From Laetmonice hystrix (Eukaryota): a DNA stretch of 64,000 bases. Below are positions 13,749 to 27,070 of the stretch, in pieces (positions within the stretch are counted from its first letter, which is position 1; each line of letters begins with the position of its first letter). The stretch is taken from the NCBI GenBank assembly GCA_965235115.1, contig OZ249436.1:39806001-39870000 (forward strand), written 5' to 3'. Below the pieces are notes generated by a model, which saw only the letters and a list, made by a program, of their open reading frames with translations, was not told where the DNA came from and did not search any database. The translations under genes and the position numbers were made by a program.

Positions 13749-15930
13749 TGCCCCCTCTCCACTAAGCCGATATCTGAAGCGATAACAGGGGCGAAAAAGT
13801 TCGCTTCTAGATCGCCTTAGTGGAGATGGTTCTCGGTTGAGGTTCGCCCAGTCGCCTGAAGATCGGTTGAAGATCGCTTCGCCAACCGATAACATTAAAC
13901 TGCAAAACCCGTCTCCACTAAGCCGAAATCTGAAGCGATAACAGGAGCGAAAAAGTTCGCTTCTAGATCGCCTGCATGAGCCGAACTTCGCCTTAGTGGA
14001 GATGGTTTTCGGTTGAGCATCGCCCGGTCGCCTGAAGGTCGGTTCACGATCGCTCCGCCAACCGATAACATTAAACTTGTTTAATGTTCTCGGTTCTGAA
14101 TCGGCTGATCGGCGCGTTCGCTTCAGTTTCCACTAGGCCTAGTCTTCTCAGCTAAGTGGTGTGTGCAAGGACCTGTAGGTGTCGCTAAAAGTATGTCACG
14201 TGACACAATTCTTCTTTCGGCAATACAAAATATGACCGCGTGACAAGATGATTCGAACAGCAAGAAATGTGCACGGAAAGACGATCATTACCGAATATGG
14301 AAAGCGTAAAAAAAATATTCGAAATCGAACTGCAGCATCTGTAGCACATAAAAAAGGAAGAGATGGGCCATCAGAGCGGAACCATCAAGGGAGGGGCCCG
14401 ATGTCAGTCCAGATTGTGCAGTGGCGTACCTACGGGGTAGCGCCGACAATAGTTGTGAAGTACAACTCCAGCGAGGATCACTTTATCCACATTTCTTGAT
14501 ATCATTTCGATTTCGCGCCGAAAAATACTGAATTTTGTTGGACCATTCATATAATCATGGAATGTGAATTGGCGCCAGATCTGAACCCCCCCCCATCACT
14601 GCGGCTCTTCCCTCCCCGCCAACATCGACGAAGATAAATTAGATTTTAGATTTTAAAGAAATTTTACTCATAAATACTTTGATCCAATTCATGGGGCCAT
14701 GCAAAATCTTATTTCTGTACTCCAAATAGTTTTCGAGATATGGCTTTTTAAATTGTTCACCCCTTGGACCCTTTCCAGACCTAAGTTTCACTTATTTTTG
14801 TGCCGATTTTGAGGACCTATAACAGCACAATTATAAGAGTGAGTATTCCCATATTTTATTAACTTACTGTTCTTGGTAGGTATATGCAAAATACAAGACA
14901 ACAGGTTCATCCTGTGAATATTGTTTCTGTACGAGTGGTGCCAAAATGGCGTTTTGGCCAATTTTTACCTAAAATATTTAGCTGTGCAACAGGGTTTTTC
15001 CCATTTGAAAAGGCATATTTTCTTTAATTCTTTATAGATCTTCACAAAACTTTCAGGAAATGCTTACAGGCCATATTCCTATATAATCATAGTCCAAAAT
15101 GGTTCATTTATGCTACAAATTCCTAGTTCTTTGACCTTAAGCATAGTGATATCCGACTTTTTGGAGGAGATGGATATTTCTGAAAGTTTAAAGTGCTCTA
15201 AAAAGTTAGTTTTCAATATTTTTATTTCAAATTTGGCACATGGATAGTCTATGGGGAGTTCTTTTAAGAAAATATATTACAAGTTTCGAACTTGGATTAG
15301 ATTTTTAATGAAGTCCTATCAAAAATGGCAAAAAAATGAAAAATATGGTATCAGGCCCCACATATAAAAAATTGTCACACAAAAGGGATTGAGAGCACAG
15401 TCTCCAAACTTTTTTCAAATAATAAGGACATACATATGTACAGTTGACAAAAAAATCAGTAATGTGGTAGCTTTCCTTCCAGTCTTTAATATATCAGGAA
15501 TACAGCCATTTTTTTACATTCGCAGGTGGGTCATTCCATGTTGAACCAATGGCAAAAAAGTTGATGTCTCCGAATTTCTTGAAATTGTAACCACATATTT
15601 GACAGCCATATTTGGCCACCTCTGCAAAATTGCAGCTGGGTAACCCCAGAGTAGTTCCCAGGGGACGCGGCTATTGGGCACACCGATAACGATAAACGAT
15701 AATGTTCGCGGCGGGCAGTGGAGACGCCTTTCGGTTCAGTATCGTTCGTTCGCTTCACCAAGCGATTTCTATCTTTCCGATTTATCGGATGATCGCCTTA
15801 GTGGAGCAGGCAGTGGAGACGCCTTTCGGTTCAATATCGTTCGTTCGCTTCACCCAAGCGATTTCCATCCGATGACAGCAAAGATCGGCTTGTCGCTTTA
15901 TCGGAGGATCGCCTTAGTGGAGAGCCTACA
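13749..15930. mobile_element. Non-autonomous PIF/Harbinger-like DNA transposon with subterminal repeats and an AT-rich internal segment (possible nested insertion ~14640-15670)
   Basis: TTA on both sides (13746-48, 15931-33). Imperfect TIRs TGccccCTCTCCACTAAG / CTTAGTGGAGAGcctaCA. The motifs CTCCACTAAG and CGCCTTAGTGGAG recur inside both ends, and the block starting near 13757 is duplicated near 13913. Confidence 0.7.
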
Positions 15931-16301
15931 TTATACATTATACCTTGAAATGGTGAATTTTGACCTTTAAATTTTCTCTGTCTCTCACTCTCTCTGTACT
16001 TCGAATCCCTCACACAAATGTTTGTCGTCCAGTGAATGTATTTTCTCAATCATTGAGAAAGATACTTTGATTTGAAAATGCACTCAGAATCAGAAAATAG
16101 AACATAATTCTCTAAAGGGAACGTATCGAGGCGGTACTGGCCGTTTCCTTTCATTTCTCGAGCATTTTGAAAAGAAGCTAGGTCTTTTCTCGTACTGTAT
16201 ACAGTTACTGTAGATTCTCAATAACTTTAATGACCAAATTCCATTCTGTTGAGCGAGTCCGAATCCCCCTAAAGCAGTGACTATTCCACTCATAAGCGTT
16301 A

Positions 16302-16751
16302 TGGCCCTGATCCACCGATGGTAACCAGTTCGCAACTGACTAGCCTAAAGAATTAAAGTTGCGAATGAGTCACAAACAAAACTTTGCGACTGATTCGGAA
16401 CTTTGATGACAAGTTGCGAATCAGTCGCGAAAATAGTTGCAAAGAGGTTGTGGAGCATGAAAAAGGGACACGAACCTGATCCACCGGAAAATACATTTGC
16501 CAAGTTCCAGTCGCCAGTGGGCGAAATCAAACATGTTTGATTTCGCCAAGGGAGGTCGCGAACAGGTCGGAAAGCCAGGTGAGTCGCAGAGCCAGTCGCG
16601 AACCCCTCATGACAGATGATCCACCAAAATAGTGTTCGTGTCGTGTTCGCGACTGGGATGTCAACAGTAGGACTTCCCCAAGTTGCGAACAGGTTGCCAA
16701 TAGGTTGCCAACGAGTCGCAAGGCCAAGTTGCCAGCGGTGGATCAGGAGCA
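16302..16751. mobile_element. Harbinger/Tourist-like MITE
   Basis: TIRs TGGCCCTGATCCACCG / CGGTGGATCAGGAGCA; internal repeats of GTCGCG/GTTGCGAA and GATCCACC; left flank TTA, right flank imperfect. Confidence 0.7.
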
Positions 16752-18282
16752 TTTAGTACTCCATCAGGGCGATTTTTTGGAGGTTATGGATGGTCTAATT
16801 ATGAGATACATTATAATGATTTGTCAGATACTGGATGCATCAACATGCTGGATGTACTGGGATACCCTCAAATGGTAAGCCCTCTCAAACTGTCCACGCC
16901 TGAACGTTTTCTACTGGGGATTCATCGAATCACTATACTCTCTGCCGCAAATTTATCTTCATGAAGTAATTCAGTCTCAAATCAAGCATTGTGGCATAGA
17001 TCCTGGCTGGCCTTCCAGAGTCAATCACAGTTAGTGTTATGACAGTCAAACAATCATATCTTACCTTATATATATAAGGGTGTACCATTGTCAAACTGGG
17101 ATGACAGGGTCGTCGTGAATGCCCAGGACAGGATACAACTGTGCCAACTAAGCGAAACCGAACGTGCAAGACAAAATGACAATGTTGGGGTGCTGTGCCT
17201 TTTTCTCTCTCCTGAACTATTGCTTCTCTGCTTCTCTGTCTTATCAACAGTTTTCCTCGAGCAGAATCAGATATATAGATATATCATGCTGGGCTAGAGC
17301 ACCAGCCTACAATAACGTTCCCAGAATTTTAACGTTATCGTTCATAATATTAGTGGCTCAATTCTGTTCAATTACCGATAGCCCATAAACATCTCATTTC
17401 CGACCAACTCAGCGGAAATGGCACGTAGGATTATGAGCTGGTCGTTCTTCTACTGTCGCCTTGTCGCCGGGGGCCCTACCTGGGAACCCATTCTCTTCCC
17501 GTCAAACCTTCTCATCAAGGAAATCGCTCGCAGCGCAAACTAAACCATCGAACACTTTCGGTTAACCCACTCTATGACGTCAGACACTCTCCATGGCACC
17601 ACGACGTCTTTAGTTCTACGTCTCACAACGAGAGAGTGGTCGTGTAATGTTTTTAATGACGCCTGTTGATGGTCCCTCGGGGAATGAGGTGGACGGATAT
17701 GACACTGCGTCAGCCAACTATTTCTTGGTAATAAACACTGTAATGCTATCGGGAGGCGATCATTGCTAATATGAACGTAATACAAACCACAAACACCTGC
17801 ATTTGGAAGGCGTGGGTAGTACACGGCGTGTGGATAATCCGGTTCTAAAAATTGATCACATCTCGCAGACACAATAATGATTGTGTTTGCCTCATCACTT
17901 AATTTACTGCCATGGGCTCGTATATTACTCCCGGATCAGATTCTATATGGAGAGTGGGGGATTCGGGGACGGGATCAGTGTCACAGTCCTCACGAATGAG
18001 GAAACAGTTGGTGTTGTCGGAATAAACACCTTACACACATGTAAAGCCAACCGAGATCCCCTCCTGCACTTATGGAAGTGCCTATGGCGCACGGCAAACT
18101 GCGCCACGCTTGCAAACACTGAGGCGCTAAACCAATCTAAACCAATCCACAGTATTTTCGCTTACGGATTTTGCGCGGGCTTGTCATTATAAACCCGAAC
18201 GAGATGTGCCCCGAGGTTAGGTTCTCGTAATATTGGCTGGGTCGGAACCCCTTGGCCGCCATGAGGTGAAGACGGCGTGAAA

Positions 18283-18283
<1 letters not shown>

Positions 18284-18325
<42 letters not shown>
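18284..18325. repeat. (CTG)14 trinucleotide repeat
   Basis: Directly visible. Confidence 0.97.
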
Positions 18326-19932
18326 AGCTTCTGCGCGAGACCAGAGAGAAACGAAAGCTTCAATCAGCTCGTGGCAAGAGGCGGGCGCGTCACCGCGTCA
18401 CCATAGTAAACACTAGCAACACGTGCTCCGGGTTTACATTGCCCGGGTTGCCGTACACGATTGCTTTCCGGCATTGTGAGTCCACCACGCCGAGAGCCGA
18501 CGTGGGAATCAGCAATCCTGATCTCTTCCGAATAACACGGCCACCAATATCGTGAAGTCCTTACACTGTCCGACCCGTGGCATATTGTGAGGTGACAATA
18601 AACCGATGTTATCCGCGGCGCCGTACGGGGTCCACAGTGAGACGACAGGGATGGTGGGAGGGGACTCTACATGGAGTAAACGGATAACTGACCACTAACT
18701 GACCACCGGTCAGGCTGCACCTAACAGCTGCCACAGTCAGACGTGTTATTAAACCCACAGCCTTCCCAACACACCATTGTAGATCACACGCGTTGACACT
18801 CCAACTGTCTCCCATCGGAAAGAACCTATAATAATACATCATCGCGCCGCAATTTGACACAACCATATATTAATACTACTTTTCTCTAGGTTTGTGAATA
18901 AAAAAAACATTCTCCTTGCGAAGCCCCACCCGGCAGAGTGCAGGTTCAACCGCTCCTTACGGCAGCGGCATACAACTGCACTTACATGACCGGGATCCAT
19001 TAAATAACGTTCTCATAAAGACCTTCTAGGTGAACCTGTCACCTCGCATATCCCACGGCGTACGGGACGACTGCCGGCCTGCCTCTGCCCGACCTCCTCT
19101 ACTGTTATATCAGCTCGCCAGCCTCAGTCAAAACAACCAGTAGTTACACGGAATAATACCCCTGCTTTGCCCCTAAGTGCATTGGTACGTTTTTTTTGTG
19201 TTTCATATATGCGGGCCTGTGGCGGACCACATTGAGTGTTTAGTCTTCGTTTATAGTCGGTGTGATAGGGGTGGCTTTCCCATGTGCCCTGGCAACAGGG
19301 GCCGGGTTTTGAATATTTTGGTTGGCTGGCAGGCTGTCGTTCTCAGCTGGGCCAAGCATGCGTACATCAGGGAGTACTGGCTTTACGAGAGCGTGATCTC
19401 TGTGGTCCGGCTACTGTTGCTGCTTGTGTCCCCCGTAATGTGTGGATCGTTAACAATTTGAGGAGGCTGTCTCCCTCACGGACGGGGCTGGTGGCAGTTG
19501 GTTTCCGAAGCTGTGTTCTGCGACATGCCTGGACAATAGAGTGGATTGTACGGCACGCAATGACGACACGCATTTTTGGCTGGCCCATGCATTGACCAAT
19601 GGATGGAAAGGGCAAATCATCCAGGCCACTTATTTCATTCCCAACTATGTCATGTATAGCCCGACCGATGACAAGAACCAAATTCTACTATTAGGCCTAG
19701 ATAGAACGCTGCTATGATATGTGTACATAATGATTCGTTGCGAAAAGAGCCGACATCGCCTATACTTTGTTGTGAAGGATCGATCAAGAGAAATCAATTC
19801 AGAGACCTGCTCATGCGGTACAAGATGATACCCTGATGCGGAGGATCACCCTTCACATACATATTAACAACTCCCTGTTGTCAATTGAAACCAAGGATGC
19901 ACGTCATGGAGCGGCAAAGATACTGTACATAG

Positions 19933-20575
19933 ATCACAATACAATGATGGGTTATGGTGGTGATATCACAATACAATGATGGGTTATGGTGGTGATATCA
20001 CAATACAATGATGGGTTATGGTGCACGGTGATATCACAATACAATGATGGATTATGGTGGTGATATCACAATACAATGATGGGTTATGGTGGTGATATCA
20101 CGATACAATGATGGGTTATGGTGGTGATATCACAATACAATGATGGGTTATGGTGGTGATATCACAATACAATGATGGGTTATGGTGGTGATATCACAAT
20201 ACAATGATGGATTATGGTGGTGATATCACAATACAATGATGGGTTATGGTGGTGATATCACAATACAATGATGGGTTATGGTGCACGGTGATATCACAAT
20301 ACAATGATGGGTTATGGTGGTGATATCACAATACAATGATGGGTTATGGTGCACGGTGATATCACAATACAATGATGGGTTATGGTGGTGATATCACAAT
20401 ACAATGATGGGTTATGGTGGTGATATCACAATACAATGATGGATTATGGTGGTGATATCACAATACAATGATGGGTTATGGTAGTGATATCACAATACAA
20501 TGATGGGTTATGGTGCACGGTGATATCACAATACAATGATGGGTTATGGTGGTGATATCACAATACAATGGGTTA
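19933..20575. repeat. Minisatellite, 32-bp unit ATCACAATACAATGATGGGTTATGGTGGTGAT, ~20 copies (four are 36-bp variants with a GCAC insertion)
   Basis: Unit starts counted at 19933, 19965, 19997, 20033 ... 20525, 20557 (partial). Head-to-tail with no unique spacers. Confidence 0.97.
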
Positions 20576-20866
20576 TATGGTGATGTTGCCAGATGATGTA
20601 GGCCCACTGTAGGAGGTGATGGATCTATAGCTGACTATGGGATGGTGTTGCTGATTGACAGTAGTAGGCCTAATGCACACGCATGCAATATTTGGACAAG
20701 GCTGACGCCGCTCCCCACCAGTCCCGTGTGGCGGGGGCCAGCCACTGTTATAAGGGCTGGTCGGTGGGTGAACCGGCCGGTCGGGCGGGCTGTCAGTGGT
20801 CAGCCGGCCGGCCGGCCTCCCGGCCTCCCGGCTACCAGTGGTCACACCGTGTGAGGTCCTCCTTAC

Positions 20867-21250
20867 CTGTTGATCCAACACCTTCAAAGAGACCGTCCGT
20901 CGTCGACCAGGGTAAAGCCAAAAGTGTATTCTGTTGCTTCTGTGGTCCTGAAGCTTTGCTCTCGTGTAGTTGTGTGCGCGAGAGAACGGGTATTTTGGAT
21001 CCAGTCGAACGCTAGTCGGCAAAGGTGTTCCCCACACCCGCAGCGTCTGATAACGAACACAAGCACTGTGCCGGCCACAGCCGCACACGACGCACTACTG
21101 AATGAAAGCTGAAATTAACAGCCGTAAAAACCTGCCCAATTAGCGCACGCATCGTTCCCATATACGACCACACCGCACACTATTATTTCAATTATTCATA
21201 ATTCACGCGCCGCTTTGGCCAATCGTTGGATGTTAGTGCTCTGACGTCAC
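20867..21250 (-). promoter_or_regulatory. Candidate promoter and non-coding first exon of the dimmed/Mist1 gene
   Basis: Minus strand: initiator-like TCATTCAGT at 21105-21097, then a GC-rich ~235 nt segment ending at a strong donor CAG|GTAAGG (20867|20866). CCAAT at 21219-23 and CRE TGACGTCA at 21242-49 lie upstream. Linking this to the acceptor at 8680 is inference. Confidence 0.5.
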
Positions 21251-22852
21251 AAACGGGGGCGATGGTCGTAAGAGCTGCATCTTGCGCGCTGGGTCGGTTG
21301 CTATAGTCTCATCTGAAACTGGTCCATGTATATTCCTTCACTCGATCTCCTAAACCCGATCCATTGAAAAAAAAGAGCTTAGGTTTTTCCCTCGCACGTA
21401 AATGGCCGATGTGAAACCGGAGATGATCAACCTGAGAGTCTGCTTTCGCTGATGCTTATTGGTTACTGAAGGCCGACTAGCCACGTGCGTTCATGAGAGT
21501 ATGAATGGACGCTACGTACCAGCAGCCCCCGCGAGCACTCGCCGCTGTCAGCCAATGGCAGGCCACCGATCGGACGTATACACTGAACACCCAGCTCGTG
21601 TGCTGCGAGTTCAACCTATGGAAACACGTGGTTCGATGTGAGCGGCTTCACCAATATTAAATCTGATCGACCGCCAGTTCAAGCATCCATGAGGGAGTAA
21701 CAGAGGCGACTACTGGTCCATAACCTACTGCAGCAAGCAGTATAGCCTAACGCAGTTTTCATGTAGAGTTTTGGTATAAAAATAAAATGTCTGACTTGGA
21801 GAGGGGACATAATTCCATCCATCCAGTTTCCTGTATGCTATAGTGGTCCTCAACCATTTTCTAGACACCGCGCACCTGATCGCCATCACTTCACAGCCTA
21901 CTCATCTTCGTGTCCACCTGAACTCTACAACTCCTCGCCAGGCCCAGCTCCTCCGAGAGCCCCAAAAGGCCCTACCTCTGTTGAGAGTCACCATTTTATG
22001 CCATCCCCGTTGCAGGGATCAGTTGTTCGATGAGCATGCCAGAGAAACATAGCAACGCCATTATTGTATAGTTTCAAATTGGGAAGAATGTCTAGTGCCG
22101 ACCGAATATTATAATATTATTCCAAGCTTTAACTTAAGTGCTGAGATTTTGAGGTGAATTGTATAACTTCTGAATAAAGTACAAACGCTTCTATTACACT
22201 GCTTCAATCCATGGTATTTCCGGTTTCTATTTAGTCGTATCCCTCATTTGGTTTGTCAAACAATATGCGATGGTTTTTTTTTGGTCTGAGAAATCTGTCC
22301 AGGACAACCAGATGTGGTCGAGCTTTGTGTACGGCATAGGTTTGATAAGGCCCACTATTTTCGGTCTCCTCTCGAGCAGACGACAGTGTAGACGGCGTTC
22401 ACGGGATGTATTCCTGTGGGCCTGTCGTGACCACTAGAGGCCGCTAGTGCGCATGCGCAGATAACGCCATCCTCTGGATTGCCACCTGTTACAGATACAC
22501 GGTATAGTGATGGAGAGGAGTGTCGGGGGGGGGGGGGGGTGCAAGGGGGCGTATACTAGTACGTATATATGCGAAAGTAAGTTTAATAATTGACTAAAAC
22601 TAACGCTTAATAATCCGTGTGCATGGTACCATGCAGCTGCTTGGGACGATGTGCCTTACGTCGAGTAATTAATTATAAACGACCCTTACAGGTATAGTCG
22701 TCTAGGCTCTGGCCGCAGTGTCACTGACGTCATATTGTTTCCCCTAGTTGATAGTAAAAGCACGTAAAGGAGTCGATCCAACGTGACCGATAGGTCTACG
22801 CAATCATGTCAACGGCAATTGTAATTGAAAATACTGAGCAGTCAAAAGACAA

Positions 22853-22918
22853 ATAATAATAAAATAAATAAATAAAGATAATAATAAATAAATAGATAAA
22901 TATAAATAATAATAATAC

Positions 22919-22982
<64 letters not shown>
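22853..22982. repeat. (AAT)n microsatellite
   Basis: Directly visible. Confidence 0.97.
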
Positions 22983-23856
22983 GCGATCTCATTATAATCT
23001 GGCGTGTTGCGTGCCACTACAGATTGTGTGCCCGTGGAGATATGAACTTTACAGTGATGTCGATGCCCCGAGGCCCATGGACCACTAGTGAATGGGAAAG
23101 CTCAATAAATCAACCACTTTACGCCGGGTTAAAGATGACGGTCAAACTAACCGACCTCTTTCGATGTCATTCATGATTTTCATCAGGATATTATAATAGT
23201 AACCACTTGAAACAAAAGCTGGCTGACCCCCAAATGCGACCCATGGATACAACAAAGGAAAACGTGACAGACGAAAGTTATCAGGAGACCTGATATGGTG
23301 CATGAATAAAACGGCCAGATATAGACCACGTGACGTACACTATGTGTGTGCTCATGTCTTTGGCCTGTGCCGTACTGCGTTCACAATGAATCTGGTAACT
23401 TAAAAGTTTATTATTACTTTTATTCAGATTTATGTGAGCGGTATAGTCTATGTTGTAGCTTTAACAATGTAGGCCTACGTTGTGTTATGAATTGGTATTA
23501 TAAGAACTTGTGTGCTGTAAAGATAGAAAATACATGCATTGAGTTTTATGCTATAGGTGGATCCAGTTCTTTTTATATTCGCTTTTCTTTGTGAGTTTGA
23601 CGACTCTTGGAATCCCTCCCTGAATGTGTTATTGGATCGCTCTCATACATGTGCGATACATGTTTAAAATAATACTTGTATATCTGCGATCAGTAATGTA
23701 CATAAATTCCCGTGTTTGTATTTATTTACGTATACAGGTCGGTACAGGAAGGAAGGCAGCTATAGGCATGAATACAGAAATCATACTATAGACCTGGGTG
23801 GATACACACTCGGGCGAACACACAAAACAGTAATCACAAGGTTGTGTGCGTGCATG

Positions 23857-24562
23857 CTTGGATCCGTTTTGTTCATTACGTTTGTTAATGACATACCGGA
23901 CATTGTGAGTCATTTAGTTTTTCTCTTTGCTGATGACACCCAACTATTCAGACGCAGTACTACTGGTTAGCAGCAAAAACAGCTACAAGAAGACCTCACT
24001 AGACTGACAAATTGGACAGAGGCCTAGCTGGCAGCTACTCTTCAAAAAAATCAATGCAACGTCATGCACATTGGCCGGTCGAACACAAAGAGGAAGAACG
24101 TCATGGACAACCAAAAAATTGAGAAAACAGAGCAAGAGAAATAGCTTGGTGTAGCCTAGTACTCATAATAGTAACCTCACGTTTAGGGATCAGGTAGCCA
24201 GTGCAGCCAAAAGAGCCAACAGAATCCTCGGATTAGTAAAACGAACATTCAAGAAGTCCTGAAGTTATTGTATACGAGCCTAATTAGGAGCCATCTACAA
24301 TAAGCCATCCCAGTTTGGTGCCCGAGTACGAGGCAGGATCTAGAGCACATGGAAAGAGTACAAAGAAGAGCCACGCCCAGAGAGACTAAGGCAGTTACCC
24401 ACACTAGTTTACGGACGGGCGAGGGGAGATATGATAGAGGCCTACAAGATCATGCACATATAGAAGTCTTATAGATATCACCAGGATGTTCAATAGAAAC
24501 ACCAACATCATTACCAGAGGACACTCACTGAAATTTGAAACCTTCAAGAACAGGCTGGGCAA
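23857..24562 (+). mobile_element. Decayed 5'-truncated CR1-type LINE (reverse transcriptase C-terminal region)
   Basis: Translation across frameshifts and stops: LGSVLFITFVNDIPD...LFADDTQLFR...LQEDLTRLTNW...CNVMHIG...KRANRILGLVKRTF...LYTSLIRSHLQ*AIPVWCP...ERVQRRAT...RRARGDMIEAYKIM...TRGHSLK, the characteristic CR1-clade ORF2 motif order. Confidence 0.92.
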
Positions 24563-24701
24563 GCATGGGCCAACCACCCAAATCTGTACCACTATAGTGC
24601 CTAGACCAAGTTTTACCGGGCCCCTGTCCCGGGCAACACCCGATCCCCCGCCCCACCCCCGGCAATGACCCCTCTGGATCCGCCCCTAAAGAGGAAATTC
24701 G

Positions 24702-24842
24702 ACTCGACCGGCTAAAGTCGCCGAATGGCCGTGACGTCATAAATGAGCGATAAAAGGTGCTAATCCTAACCCTATCCCTTACACCAACACTCATTATCGC
24801 TCATTTGGTGACGTCACGGCCATTCGGTGACTTGTGCCGAGT
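24702..24842. mobile_element. Small palindromic MITE with a central CCTAACCCTA-like tract
   Basis: Arms aagtcgccgaatggccgtgacgtcataaatgagcgataa / ttatcgctcatttggtgacgtcacggccattcggtgactt flank ctaatcctaaccctatccctta. Confidence 0.75.
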
Positions 24843-25828
24843 ATAGGTTACGGCCAGGACCGAACAGGTAGGCCTATCAGATAAATACAGCGGAAATGAC
24901 CTGTCTTATTAAAGTCATCATGATCCCTTAAGCAGCTAAGAGAACTCTCGTGTAGCTGTACAGAACTACCCTCGTGTGTCGTTTACGAGGCATCAGCACG
25001 TTTTTATGTAACCTTCACTGATGAGGGAGACGCCGCATTATGCGGACGCACGAATGGACCGCGATGACGTCCGGAATACGAGTACACAAACCTCACGACA
25101 TAACGTGCCTCATAACGTAACGTACATTTTTAAAAAATACGGCAGGGAAACGTTCAAAACACATTGCGGGGGCGGAAGAGTAGACCAAGACCCTTCGTCG
25201 CCTTATTTCAGGACCACCCGTTTTAATAGACATGTCCGGGGATAGTGTTCCAGATCCAGCGATTGTCGTGAACAATGCTGGCGATGAGTGCGTGGGGCGT
25301 CGTATATACCGTCAATCGGCGCTGGCTGCAGATGGGATCGATAGGTTGGTAGGTAGGGAAGGACTGGGGGAAGTAAGAGGGTGGGAGGAGGGGGGGGGGG
25401 GTAGGGGGTTGAGGTGCGTGGGCTCCCCATTTCCCGCCAATATCGTGGGGGCGGGAAATGCTTGATGCACTGCGACTGTTACAGAGAGGCAAAGCAGCAC
25501 ATAGGGCCTAAGTGACGTCACAGGGAACCGGCCTCCCGCCGCCAAATTATAGCTTGTCGCAAAGGTCACCCTGGCTGTATCCGATTGGACAGTAAGGAAG
25601 GCTTCATGGTGACAAGCGTTAATCACGGGGGGGGGGGGGGGGGGCTGAAACCAAGCCGGCTCCCCCACGCCACCCACCACCACCCCACGCAATTGCCCCC
25701 CACTGCGTCCCTATACTTATGCGTGTATGTGTACAAGAAAAAGCTTTAGGCACCTGAGGCTCTCGAAAGTTACTCCCCTGTTGGTTTGGTACCAGTGCAA
25801 ATGAGGGCATAAATGGGCCTCACTAACC

Positions 25829-25930
25829 GCGTTCCTCATCTATCGTTATCCTGTCGTGCGTTAAAATCCCCATTGAAAATACATTGGAGTTAACGATACG
25901 ACAAGCTAACGACATGATGAGGAACACCCC
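25829..25930. mobile_element. Degenerate short palindromic MITE, probably related to the element at 44795-44914
   Basis: gttcctcatc...cgtta / taacg...atgaggaac arms; central aaatcccc(a/c)ttgaaaata shared with ~44845-44861. Confidence 0.55.
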
Positions 25931-26971
25931 CAGCTGCTGAGCACTACGGCTACTCGAATCAGTGTCTTACTGAGACAACGTATAGATATTTTATATTCAT
26001 TTCTAACTTGAAAAAACCTACATGTAGGCCTATAGATTTATTCATAGATTGTATTGATGACATTCATGGTGCCCGGTGTCGGCAGCAAAATTTCAATTAA
26101 AACTGACCCCATTTCGGTTAGTGGCTATAATGCTATCGAATCCCTCTTTTACCGAATAGATACGCGTTGTTCTTTAGGCCCAGATGTGAATCTAACCCCA
26201 TTCAGGGTGTGATGGGTGGAGATTAAGTGTGGCTGTCTATGCTGGCGCCAAACTGTAGAGGAAGCCCCTCGGTGTGAGCCAGATCTGGTCCATTCAATAA
26301 AACAAGCGGGGGCAGATTGCCAGCGAACTCATTGTCCCTTTGGGAATAGATATTGGCACACCGACCCACAGCCACATTCCCACATCAAACGGTCCGAACT
26401 GATTCTCCTGAGCAGAAACACTGATGTATTTTCATTAGGAATTTCCCCTGCCATTAAATCTAGCACGTACGATATACGTTATTTATATTATAGACTACTT
26501 ATCATACACGCATACATAATAGGCCTATATTATACTGTAAGTGTATGCTTGGCTGTTAACTTTGTCTCTTAAATACCTTAAGCCCAAAGAATACAGATGA
26601 CTAATCTTGATTACTCATTATCTGAACATTACGAGATTATCATTATTAAGGTGATTCAAGTTCGCGTGCTATAAAAGCTTAAAAATTATACATAGCCTGT
26701 CGCTGATGTATCAGATATTGCAGAATCGAATGAGTTTGACCTAAAGGTCATGCGCACGGTGTTCAGTTTAGGTATCACGTCAGTAAACACACACCGAGTG
26801 CCTTCAGTGGGCAGGCCCTTTGAGACAAGGAGCAGTGAAAATTTTCTGAATCTCGTGGAAATCGCTGCTCTACGGTAGTGCCAATAGATTTTGATGTCTA
26901 GAAACAAGCAATACTCTTTGGAAAAGCCACTTTTTTATGGTATTGGTTCTAACTTCTATAACATGCCCCTC

Positions 26972-27070
26972 TAAATAGGTCCAATCAGCCAGGGTCACTT
27001 CGTCACATGATCATTTCCCACATATTAAATAGGTCCAATCAGCCAGGGTCACTTCGTCACATGATCATTT
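26972..27070. repeat. Local direct duplication (~45 bp, period 54)
   Basis: taaataggtccaatcagccagggtcacttcgtcacatgatcattt at 26972 and again at 27026. Confidence 0.9.

Noticed and set aside
19933..20575. Regular ~32-bp repeats resembling a CRISPR array
   Set aside because: Units are head-to-tail with no unique spacers, there are no cas genes, and the context is eukaryotic; it is a minisatellite.
20573..21112. Several overlapping ORFs of 64-171 aa
   Set aside because: Expected in GC-rich promoter/UTR sequence; none resembles a protein family.
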